Assembly: GCA_965206745.1 (NCBI GenBank)
Contig: OZ242220.1
Span: 1,152,001-1,216,000, forward strand
Direction of reading: 5' to 3'
Length of the DNA: 64,000 bases
DNA from: Nitrosopumilus sp.
Lineage (GTDB): Archaea; Thermoproteota; Nitrososphaeria; Nitrososphaerales; Nitrosopumilaceae
Shown here one piece after another: positions 43,950-52,887 of the stretch. Made by a program: the position numbers and the translations under genes. Numbering within the stretch: the stretch's first letter is position 1; each line of letters opens with the position of its first letter. The notes beneath the pieces were generated by a model. The model made no database searches and was not told the DNA's origin. It worked only from the letters and a program-made list of their open reading frames with translations.

Positions 43950-44091
43950 TCATGAAAAAGGAAGATGTGATTGTCTATGTTGCTGTCCAGCTTCAAAGAT
44001 AGGTTGCGTTTATTGCATTCTGCCAGTACTAGGATATAGACAGATCAAGAGAATTTTAAGAAGAAAAAGCACAGGGAAAGTTCAAGATTAA
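43930..44091 (+). CDS. small Cys-rich protein (53 aa) MNCPECNHEKGRCDCLCCCPASKIGCVYC...
   Basis: ATG 43930 overlapping the previous gene end; 9 Cys in the first 29 aa, basic tail. Confidence 0.5.
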   Translation: MNCPECNHEKGRCDCLCCCPASKIGCVYCILPVLGYRQIKRILRRKSTGKVQD

Positions 44092-44441
44092 AAAACAAAC
44101 CATGCATCTGAGTAAAGGATTCGCATGCAGAGAAGATTTCGTTGTTTATGTCAATTATAGTCTTAATTGCATCTACATCAGTATGTGCAAAATCGACTTT
44201 AAAAGTACGTGTCCCATCTGAAGAAACCAATGCGTTAAATTCAACATGGATTCAGGCAAGATTACAGATCATCTTAATCCAAACCCAGAATTATTGGACT
44301 GATGGAGCGCCAATATTGTGCCTGAATTTAGAATCATGACATCACTCTAGCAACACATATCACATCTGTCATTATTATATCAGCAAAGTCAAGGCCCGTC
44401 ATATTACCTAGATATTAATTTGAGAATTATACAAAATAAAC

Positions 44442-44825
44442 ATGCCTAGTTTTGAAGACATAAAATCACAAAAGTACATTTCACTTGAAACTTATCGAAA
44501 AAATAATCAACCAGTCAGAACTCCAGTTTGGTTTATAGTTAAAGATGATCTGATTTATGTTGTCACCAGAGAGCAAACAGGCAAAGCAAAACGTCTTAGA
44601 AATAACTTGCAAGTGAAATTTGCAGCGTGCACAATCAAGGGCAAGATCAGGGGAGATTGGATTTCAGGTACTGCCAAAATATTATCAGGGCAGGAAATTA
44701 AAGATGCCGTGAGGATGAGGGATGAGAGGTACGGATTCATGGCGAGGATTGCAAAATTTGCCAGCAAGAGTAAGGGAGAATTTTTTGCATTTACAATATC
44801 GCAAGATCATAATACAAATCTATGA
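44442..44825 (+). CDS. PPOX class F420-dependent oxidoreductase
   Basis: YISLETYRKN..PV.TPVWF, GK.KRLRNN..V..A.C...G. Confidence 0.88.
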   Translation: MPSFEDIKSQKYISLETYRKNNQPVRTPVWFIVKDDLIYVVTREQTGKAKRLRNNLQVKFAACTIKGKIRGDWISGTAKILSGQEIKDAVRMRDERYGFMARIAKFASKSKGEFFAFTISQDHNTNL

Positions 44826-44848
44826 GAGCCATGCGTGTAAAAGACAGA

Positions 44849-45331
44849 TTAGACCATTTTTTGTAGTCTTTGTTCTTGTCTTAACTTGTAGGCAGTCAGT
44901 CCTGCAAATCCAAAAATCATCATCAAGCCAACATATGCTAGAACTTGGCTGTGCTCTATCAAAACAGCAGATATCCCAGTCCCCACGACACTCGGGAGTA
45001 ATGATAGTGCGTAAAGCCACCATCCACAGCAACCAAGTGGGACTAGAGAAAAGAATGAGAAAAAAGAGGTGGCTGCAGTACTTCCAGTATTTCCTCCAAA
45101 TGTTTTTTTCTTCACTAAAAGTTTACATCCCAACAATTTACTTTTCTCAGATAGAAACATCTGCAACCCAATTCCTATACCAATTCCAACAATCACAATT
45201 GAATTTAGTTGAAATGCCGCATCGATGGCGGCAAGAGGTTCCAATGCAGGAGTTGTGATTACAACTACGGAAAGGTAAACTACAATGGAGACGATCCCTG
45301 CAAGAATTGCTTTTGAGATAGGCCTCATCAA
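44849..45331 (-). CDS. membrane protein with a vicinal Cys pair (GCC)
   Basis: About 4 TM helices, LGCKL and PLGCCGWW; overlaps the DUF3179 stop codon. Confidence 0.65.
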   Translation of the reverse strand: MMRPISKAILAGIVSIVVYLSVVVITTPALEPLAAIDAAFQLNSIVIVGIGIGIGLQMFLSEKSKLLGCKLLVKKKTFGGNTGSTAATSFFSFFSLVPLGCCGWWLYALSLLPSVVGTGISAVLIEHSQVLAYVGLMMIFGFAGLTAYKLRQEQRLQKMV

Positions 45332-46443
45332 TTAACACCATACACTAGAGTTTGTGGATGAAATGCAACCCATTCAAACCAAAATCCAGGCTCGATTGGC
45401 ATTCTCTGCAGTTGTTCTCCCCTATACGTACCAGAGACGGACAGTCCATCATAATTCCATTCAGATTTGGTCACAGAATCAAGGATCTTTCCATTCTCAT
45501 AAACAAAATCCAATGTTTCATCATCAACTAATCTTACAAAAGCACGAGAATTTTCAGGAAATAGTGAAACAAGCATTACAGGAGTTTGTCCTATAGAGTC
45601 ATTAACTATTACTTGAGACTCGATATCAGTCTGTCGGTAAGCTTTGTAAACATCATCTTGGTTAAAGCCGATGATTATGTCCTTTGGATGTAACCTATCA
45701 TCGTCATACTCTACGGGAAACAGGATTCGAGGTTCGGTGTAATAGTCACCATAAGGATCAGTGGCGTATGAGCGAATGTGTCCCGTATCAGTGGTCAGGA
45801 CCTCGGTATCAGGATGAAGTACCTTCCAATCACCCCAAGTAATAACATCAAACGGGATTAAATTTAGTTCGTACCCGGTTAACTCGCCCTTAACTGCAGT
45901 TCCAAGAGCTTGACTCCAGTAGGATTCAGTGTATCTATCATACATCAGCAAATTACTGTTGTATAATTTTCCAGATGTACCAAATTCTACTTCTTGACCA
46001 TCAATTACTCGCTCAAAAACTTGATTCGTATAGCAAAGCGGACAGTATGTTACAGAGACTGGGATGCCACCGACCCAATCATTGACAATTTCATGCCAAA
46101 CTAGAATAAAGATAGGATATGCCTTGGCCTCACCATTAATTTCCAACCCAATTACAGTATCAGCATCAGAGATGAAATGAGAATCTGAGACATTGGCAAA
46201 TTTAGGATTGTCAATAGATGGAATTCCATCTTTAGGCGGTCCTCCACTTTTTATTTTATCAAGTGGAATACTGTGCTTGACACCGTTTGTCTCCATAATA
46301 GTCAATTCTGAAAAAACAGATTTGGGTGAAGGGGCAGGGCCAGATGTTATGATTTTGGAGGCAGAATCACCAGAGAGAGACAAGGTCAATGCGGCAGTTA
46401 CAATACTAATTACAATGATTGGTGCAATTAACTTTAGATTCAA
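45328..46443 (-). CDS. DUF3179 family exported CxxC protein
   Basis: GGPPKDGIPSID.P.F, KAYP..IL.WHEIVND, VTYCPLC, FGTSGKLYNSNL.MYDR.T.S.W.Q, FWFEW.AFHP. Confidence 0.9.
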   Translation of the reverse strand: MNLKLIAPIIVISIVTAALTLSLSGDSASKIITSGPAPSPKSVFSELTIMETNGVKHSIPLDKIKSGGPPKDGIPSIDNPKFANVSDSHFISDADTVIGLEINGEAKAYPIFILVWHEIVNDWVGGIPVSVTYCPLCYTNQVFERVIDGQEVEFGTSGKLYNSNLLMYDRYTESYWSQALGTAVKGELTGYELNLIPFDVITWGDWKVLHPDTEVLTTDTGHIRSYATDPYGDYYTEPRILFPVEYDDDRLHPKDIIIGFNQDDVYKAYRQTDIESQVIVNDSIGQTPVMLVSLFPENSRAFVRLVDDETLDFVYENGKILDSVTKSEWNYDGLSVSGTYRGEQLQRMPIEPGFWFEWVAFHPQTLVYGVN

Positions 46444-46742
46444 CTATGAATGGTTTTAGTCTACAAATTATTAAAAAATTCTTCCAGTTTTAGATTTTAT
46501 TTAGTCAAATCTTTTTAATGAATTTCTAAAGCATTCATCCGTAAGCATGCACAGACCCGAAAGAGAGAGGATTGCATGGCATCACCCACTAGGACATCAA
46601 CTGTAGATATATCCACAGTTTAAAGAAATTTGAACTCAGATAGAAAAAACAATTTTGGCATTCTGTCAGAAAGGCAAGTATCCAATAGCATTGGCAGGAG
46701 TTTATCAGGGGAATTTTGTTAGTTATGAGAGTACTGACTAGG

Positions 46743-46812
46743 TTTACGGGAGCAGTATTTTGGGTAATTTTACAGGAGCAGTATTTTGGGTAATTTTACA
46801 GGAGCAGTATTT
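46743..46812. repeat. 26-bp tandem repeat, about 2.7 copies (tttacaggagcagtattttgggtaat)
   Basis: Copies at 46743, 46769 and 46795 (partial); one mismatch; no spacers. Confidence 0.85.
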
Positions 46813-46956
46813 CACATCAGATATGAAAAAGAATTCTCGGTTTCTCAGGCAAGACAGGAATGAGATCTTGTAATGGGAGTCGTACTTGTAATTATCATAG
46901 CAAAATCAAGAATGTCAATACCACACATGGTAAAAAGAATCTTTAGATTCTCATAG

Positions 46957-48111
46957 TTATTTTATTTTTTTATTTAACTCTGTAATGAATTGTTTTATTT
47001 TAGGTTTTGGAACAACTGCACCACATGCTTTGTCATGCCCGCCTCCAGAACCGCCAAGACTTGTTGCCAAAAGGTTTACAATTTTCCCCAGGTGAACCTT
47101 GCAGTTCTTTGAACCTCTAACTGAAACTGCATAGATTCCATGATCCACACGCTCTTTGTATGCAACACCGACGTCTTTTCCAGATAAACCCATAACAAAG
47201 TTAACTGCACCTCCGGCACCAGCATCTAGAATTTCCATATATCCAAGGTTACCCATTGTTTTCAGTCCCACCTTTACTTTGGCAATCATCTGAGAGAGCT
47301 TTTCCACTTGAATTTGGGCAAACTCAAAAGTATTTGGAATATCATGAGGGAATTTAGATTCTGCCAACTCTTCAACCAGATACTGTAAATAATCCGGTTC
47401 TTTTTGATGTCCAACAATATTGTACGTCATTACAGTCGCACTAATCAAAGCAAACTGTCTGTCATAAATTTGGAGCAATTTGGATCCGATTGGCCTATCT
47501 TCCATATAATCAGTAATAGCTGCACATGTTGCAACAAATGAGGCATGGTCGTTTAGTTTGGATTTGTATGCATTATAAACTTGAACGGTAGTGCATTCGT
47601 TGATGTCGTGAATGACCTTGACTTTGATTTTCTTCAAGGCTGTTACAACAGTAGGATCTATGTCATGATGATCAATGTAAGTAACTGAAACTTTGTTTTT
47701 TCTTAATTTTGTTAAAATATCAATAAATTCATCTTGTGTTTTTTTACTCAGACCCAGATCACAAATGAATAAAGACTTTAATTTTTCATCCAAAACAACT
47801 TGGTTCAATGCTTCCATTTGACCAGGATAATCAACGAGGATTGCGTCACCGCCGAATGCTTGACGTATAAGGGCAGCAGAACTAATGCCATCACAGTCTT
47901 CTTTATGAGAGATACAAATGGTTTTGATTCGTTTTGAGGTAGTTGTTTTTTTAGATGTTGCTTTCTTGGTTGTTTTTTTCACCGTGGTTTTCTTGGTTGT
48001 TTTTTTAGCTGTTGCTCTCTTAACTGTTTTTTTAACAGGGGTTTTCTTGGTTGTTTTTTTAGCTGTTGCTTTCTTGGTTTTAGAGGATACCAATACAGAT
48101 TCAAAAATCAC
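46957..48111 (-). CDS. DHH/DHHA1 phosphoesterase (RecJ/NrnA-like) with Lys/Thr/Ala-rich N-terminal tail
   Basis: H.EDCDG, DLG, YIDHH, SVRG, GGGHDKACG; N-terminal KKTTKK repeats. Confidence 0.88.
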   Translation of the reverse strand: MIFESVLVSSKTKKATAKKTTKKTPVKKTVKRATAKKTTKKTTVKKTTKKATSKKTTTSKRIKTICISHKEDCDGISSAALIRQAFGGDAILVDYPGQMEALNQVVLDEKLKSLFICDLGLSKKTQDEFIDILTKLRKNKVSVTYIDHHDIDPTVVTALKKIKVKVIHDINECTTVQVYNAYKSKLNDHASFVATCAAITDYMEDRPIGSKLLQIYDRQFALISATVMTYNIVGHQKEPDYLQYLVEELAESKFPHDIPNTFEFAQIQVEKLSQMIAKVKVGLKTMGNLGYMEILDAGAGGAVNFVMGLSGKDVGVAYKERVDHGIYAVSVRGSKNCKVHLGKIVNLLATSLGGSGGGHDKACGAVVPKPKIKQFITELNKKIK

Positions 48112-48140
48112 AAACCCTCATTTAAATGAAGAATGTGAAA

Positions 48141-48356
48141 TTAAGATTTTCTAAAAGGTTTTTTGATGTTTTGGTTTATCAATGAACTTGAGTCAAGATA
48201 TACATCATATAATGACAGCCCTTCCATTTGGGTTTGGTTATCTATTGCCTGAATTTTTTTAAGTTCTTCAGATGATGCATTTAGTACCAAGTCATCTAAT
48301 TTTTTCAAATGTTCTCGATCTCTGACGTTCATTAATTTTTGATCAAAAATTCTCAT
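48141..48356 (-). CDS. hypothetical protein
   Basis: 71-aa ORF; D...Q..G.S.YD pattern shared with 49615-49821. Confidence 0.6.
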   Translation of the reverse strand: MRIFDQKLMNVRDREHLKKLDDLVLNASSEELKKIQAIDNQTQMEGLSLYDVYLDSSSLINQNIKKPFRKS

Positions 48357-48449
48357 TTATGACCAAAAGTTGCCATATTAGACTAATTACTAAACTTCAC
48401 AGACATGATTTTAGCGAAAATATAATAGAAGATTTTCAATAGGCTCAAT

Positions 48450-49613
48450 ATGGAGACAAAAAATATCGGTCTGCGAGGAATTGAGGTTGCAGATACCAAA
48501 ATTTCAAACATAGATGGAGAGAAAGGCAAGCTCATTTATCGCGGATTTGACATATTAGATCTTACAAAAAATTCAACATTTGAAGAGACCGCATATCTGC
48601 TACTTTATGACAATTTACCAAACAAACAGCAATTAGACGAATTCAACGCAAAGCTCATTGACGCCAGATTCATCCCCAAGCAAATGCAAAAAAATATGGC
48701 AAACTGGAGAAAGGATGCAGATCCTATGGATATGCTTCAGGCCTTTGTATCGGCATTGGCAGGGTATTATGATGAGGAATTTTCAAGCAAGGAAGCAAGT
48801 TATGATAAAGCCATAAACCTCATTGCAAAAGTTCCCACAATCGTTGCCAGTTGGCAAAGAATCAGAAACGGGTTGAAAATAGTGGATCCTGATGCGTCAC
48901 TAAGTCACGCTGCAAATTTTCTATATATGATGTCAGGAGAAAAACCAGATCCGGAAGTAGAAAAAATCTTTGATGTGTGTTTAATTCTTCATGCTGATCA
49001 TACGTTTAATGCCTCAACATTCACAGCAAGACAGGTAGCATCAACTAGAGCACACATGTATTCTGCATCAAGTGCCGCAATAGGAGCACTTAGCGGTGAA
49101 CTGCATGGAGGAGCAAATACAGAAGTCATGAAAATGCTACTAGATATTGGCAAAGGGGGGGAAACAGACGTGTGGATTAAAAAAGAGATGGACGAAGGCA
49201 AAAAAATTATGGGGATGGGACATGCAGTGTATAAAACATATGATCCGAGGGCACAAGTGCTAAAAGAGTTATCAAGAAAACTTGCTGAGAAGACTAAAGA
49301 ACCATGGTTTGAGATAACAGAAAGGGTAGAAACGGTAACCAGATCAGAAATGAAACTGCGTAAAAATAAAGAGATTTATCCAAACGTGGATTTGTACAGT
49401 GCCTCGCTATATTACATGCTAAAAATTCCATTAGACCTCAACACGCCAATCTTTGCGATTGCACGAGTTGTAGGATGGGCCGCCCACATCATTGAGGAAA
49501 AATTTGCAGAAGCTGCGCCAAAACCTGCATTATACAGACCCAAAGCAGTTTATGTCGGAAAGTATTGCGGACCAGAAGGTTGTGAATACAAAACAATGAA
49601 TTTGAGAAAATAA
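48450..49613 (+). CDS. gltA: Citrate synthase
   Basis: GKLIYRG, LHADH..NAST, G.LHGGAN, MGMGHAVYK..DPR, PNVDLYS, R..GW.AH. Confidence 0.95.
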   Translation: METKNIGLRGIEVADTKISNIDGEKGKLIYRGFDILDLTKNSTFEETAYLLLYDNLPNKQQLDEFNAKLIDARFIPKQMQKNMANWRKDADPMDMLQAFVSALAGYYDEEFSSKEASYDKAINLIAKVPTIVASWQRIRNGLKIVDPDASLSHAANFLYMMSGEKPDPEVEKIFDVCLILHADHTFNASTFTARQVASTRAHMYSASSAAIGALSGELHGGANTEVMKMLLDIGKGGETDVWIKKEMDEGKKIMGMGHAVYKTYDPRAQVLKELSRKLAEKTKEPWFEITERVETVTRSEMKLRKNKEIYPNVDLYSASLYYMLKIPLDLNTPIFAIARVVGWAAHIIEEKFAEAAPKPALYRPKAVYVGKYCGPEGCEYKTMNLRK

Positions 49614-49614
49614 T

Positions 49615-49821
49615 TTAATTTCTCGTACTTAGCCAATCTTTAGCTTTAGAATTTACATCGTGTTTATACAACACTTCAAAAACCATATCGTAAAATGTTA
49701 TACCTTTTTTTTGTGCTTGACTATCAAGCCATTTGATTCCGTCTGCCAATTCTGGATCATGTTCGGAGAATTCTACTAACTCATCTACCATTTTTGAGAA
49801 GAAGGCGTGGGATTCAAGCAT
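49615..49821 (-). CDS. hypothetical protein
   Basis: 68 aa from ATG 49821: DPELADGIKWLD.QAQKKGITFYDMVFEVLY. Confidence 0.7.
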   Translation of the reverse strand: MLESHAFFSKMVDELVEFSEHDPELADGIKWLDSQAQKKGITFYDMVFEVLYKHDVNSKAKDWLSTRN

Positions 49822-50593
49822 ACGTACACATTTCAATCTATGATCATAAGTGAGGGATTCAAAATATATTAACAAAAGACCCCTTTTTGATTGACAATTA
49901 GACATTGTTTTTTATTCAGATGGAAATAGAAAGAGAATTTCACAGATAATTCAGACAAATAATACGAATTGTTAATCAAAGCAGGGAACATGTAAAAATT
50001 TACAAGGATAAAATTCCAAATCTGCAATTAAAATATGTTACACTGCGCATAGGATCATTTTGCAGAATCAAGATTTTCAAAATTTAAAATGAAGAATTGT
50101 GTTAAAATAAAACTAGTTGAAAACAGACATTTGATCAGTTGATCACAAATATAAAAAACAGGTGAATTAATTCAAAATCGAATTAGATTTATCAATTAAT
50201 TTAACACAAAAAAATTGAAAATGAAATTTAGGTTAATTTTATAGAGAGACATCTTAACAAACAACATGTTTGATGTAAAAAAGATCAAGTGCAAGAAAAA
50301 AGTCGATGGGATCTCACTTGTAGTTTGTAATGATACAGATTACCTGACAGGTAATGGAATGATTCAATTTCATTTACAGCACTTTATGCTCAAATAGAGT
50401 CATCTTGTGAGATTTTCAGAAAGATATAAAATTTGAAAATATTTCAAAAATTGCAAGATGAACATGGCTCAAAATAAGACATTCCATATTTTTAAAAATA
50501 TGATAAACAATTCAAAAAATTATGAAATTTTAGGAATAAACAGAAATAGTAAGGATTAGATTTATTTACTATACATTATGTCATGAATCAATT

Positions 50594-51283
50594 ATGGCAA
50601 GTATAGACAAAGCAGCTATAGTATTCTCAATTGCAATCGCACTAGTGGGTGTCGGTATTGCAGTTGCAGGAAATGCTGCAGACAATACTTCGTACACGAC
50701 TCCAATAAAGGCTGTAGAGAGTATTCCATCAGATGTGGTTTCAGCAGATCCAATAGATGCTGTAGAGCCAGAACAATTTGGTGCAGATATTGCAAACAAA
50801 GTAAAATCTGAGGACAGTATGATGGCCGAAAAAGCTGTACAAGTAGAAATAGAGATTTCAACAGATGAAAAGGAATCAGATGTAGAAATAGAGATTTCAA
50901 CAGATGAAAAGGAATCAGATGTAGAAATAGAGATTTCAACAGATGAAAAGGAATCAGATGTAGAAATAGAGATTTCAGTCGAAGTAACACACATTGTGGA
51001 TATCCCAGCAGGAACTTCAGTTCCAGGATGTGAAGTAGACAATGCATGTTTTGAACCAGCAGACATCACAGTGAATGTGGGAGACACAGTTGAATGGCTT
51101 AATGTCGACACAGCAGCTCATACGGTAACTAGCGGTAATCTAGCTGATGGCGTATCAGACATATTTGATAGCGGTCTAATTATAGCAGATGCATCTTTTC
51201 TAGCTACCTTCGATGATGTAGGCAGTTATGATTACTTCTGTGTGGTTCATCCTTGGATGGCCGGTAGTGTTACAGTGAAATAA
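50594..51283 (+). CDS. Blue (type-1) copper protein, plastocyanin/azurin family, membrane-anchored
   Basis: N-terminal TM; F.PA.ITV.VGDTV.W.N.D.AAHTVTSG; YFCVVHPWM Cu ligands (His, Cys, His, Met). Confidence 0.92.
   Translation: MASIDKAAIVFSIAIALVGVGIAVAGNAADNTSYTTPIKAVESIPSDVVSADPIDAVEPEQFGADIANKVKSEDSMMAEKAVQVEIEISTDEKESDVEIEISTDEKESDVEIEISTDEKESDVEIEISVEVTHIVDIPAGTSVPGCEVDNACFEPADITVNVGDTVEWLNVDTAAHTVTSGNLADGVSDIFDSGLIIADASFLATFDDVGSYDYFCVVHPWMAGSVTVK
50843..50977 (+). repeat. 39-bp perfect in-frame tandem repeat x3.5 (VEIEISTDEKESD)
   Basis: Identical units at 50843, 50882, 50921 and a partial unit at 50960. Confidence 0.95.
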
Positions 51284-51300
51284 CCAAAACTTTTCTTTTT

Positions 51301-52887
51301 TTATTTTATTTGATTTTTCCTTATCGTTCTATTATATGCCACACCAAATCTATGAGTCTCATCTCGAGCATATTGTAAAATTTTCAAAGAAGCATTGTAT
51401 TTGGGAATGATTAAAGGATTTTTGTGTTTAGGCAGATATACTTCTTCGTTTTCTTTTGCCAGAGATATACAAGACAGATCCAAGCCAAGGGATTCCAGAG
51501 CAGTGATTGCAGAACCAAGTTGCCCCTTACCACCGTCAATCACAATCAAGTCAGGAAGTTGAGAATTTTCTTCTAACAATCTATAGTATCGTCTCTTGAT
51601 GACTTCGCCAATCATTGCAAAATCATCTCGTCCAGATACTGTTTTGATCTTGAATTTTCTATACCCAGATTTGTTTGGAATGCCACCTACAAACCTAGAC
51701 ATGGAGCCAACAGCAAAATCTTCGCCATGATTGGAAATATCAAAACATTCAATGATATTTGGAATTACAGGCAGGCCAAGGACTTCTTTTAGTTCTACCA
51801 ATCCAGGATCCCCACCTTTAGAATGAATTAGTCGGATATTCTTCAAAATCAGATTGATGATGTCTTTTTTCTTGCCTCTTACAGGGGACAAAATTTGGAC
51901 ATTGAATCCAGATTGTTCCGATAATAAGGATTCTAACAATTTCCGATTTTCAGGTAATTCACTGACAAAGATGAATTTGGGGATTTTATGCGTAGAATAA
52001 TACTGATACAGAAAATTTGAAAAAGAGTTATCGCCAACTAAATCAAAAAAGAATTTGTCACTATCTCTAATCACACCGTTAATCATTCTAAAGTTCATCA
52101 CAGATGCGGACTGTTCCTGAATTCCTATTCCAAAATATTCCTCATCAGAATTTTCAACATATTCCATTTTTTGCTTAGTCTGCAAACTTCCAAGTCGAAT
52201 CAGAGTATCACGAATGTCCTTTGCACGTTCAAATTGCTGCAATTTGGCTGCTTGCTGCATCTCTTCTTCTAATTTTTTTGTAAAAACCTTGGTCTGATCT
52301 TTTCCTTTGAGTACGTCCTCTAATGCAGAGACATGCTTGGGGTATCTGTCCTGAGCATCTTTGAATTCACATGGACCCTCACAATTTCCCAAGTGATATT
52401 CCAAGCATATCTTTTTTGGAAGGGTTTTACAAATTCTAATTTGAAATGCCTTTCTCAACGTACCAATAGTTAGTAATTTTGAGCTGCCTTGTGTGAAAGG
52501 TCCAAAAACCTTTCCCTTTCCTAAAAATTTTCCGTCACGAGTTCGTCTTGAGACTAACAATCGAGGAAATTTTTCGTCAGAAATTCTAAGATACGTGTAT
52601 CTCTGTTGATCTTTTAATTCAATGTTAAATCGCGGCCTGTATTTTTTGATCATGTTTGATTCCAAAAGAAACGCTTCGCTTTCATTATCAGTTAAAACAA
52701 ACTCAATGTTAGAGATATTTTCTACCAGTTTTTGTGTTTTGTAATTTTGATTTTTGTTAAAGTAGGACTTGACTCGGTTTTTCAAATTTTTGGCTTTGCC
52801 AATATAGATAATTGTGCCATCAGAATCTTTCATCAAATAGATTCCAGGATCAGAGGGAATGGTAATTTTAGATATATTAAAAGTCAT
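51301..52887 (-). CDS. uvrC: Excinuclease ABC subunit C (no C-terminal HhH domain)
   Basis: GIY-YIG (PGIY.MK...IYIGKAKNL..R), UVR, ECFDISN, PDLIVIDGGKGQ, RDETHRF. Confidence 0.95.
   Translation of the reverse strand: MTFNISKITIPSDPGIYLMKDSDGTIIYIGKAKNLKNRVKSYFNKNQNYKTQKLVENISNIEFVLTDNESEAFLLESNMIKKYRPRFNIELKDQQRYTYLRISDEKFPRLLVSRRTRDGKFLGKGKVFGPFTQGSSKLLTIGTLRKAFQIRICKTLPKKICLEYHLGNCEGPCEFKDAQDRYPKHVSALEDVLKGKDQTKVFTKKLEEEMQQAAKLQQFERAKDIRDTLIRLGSLQTKQKMEYVENSDEEYFGIGIQEQSASVMNFRMINGVIRDSDKFFFDLVGDNSFSNFLYQYYSTHKIPKFIFVSELPENRKLLESLLSEQSGFNVQILSPVRGKKKDIINLILKNIRLIHSKGGDPGLVELKEVLGLPVIPNIIECFDISNHGEDFAVGSMSRFVGGIPNKSGYRKFKIKTVSGRDDFAMIGEVIKRRYYRLLEENSQLPDLIVIDGGKGQLGSAITALESLGLDLSCISLAKENEEVYLPKHKNPLIIPKYNASLKILQYARDETHRFGVAYNRTIRKNQIK

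Noticed and set aside
44045-44339. Overlapping 61-65 aa ORFs or a gene remnant
   Set aside because: No recognisable family; cannot support either strand
46743-46812. Possible mini-CRISPR array
   Set aside because: Repeats are directly adjacent with no spacers, and no cas genes are in the window
50843-50977. 39-bp repeats (and the 66-bp repeats at 62690-62880) as CRISPR
   Set aside because: In-frame coding tandem repeats without unique spacers
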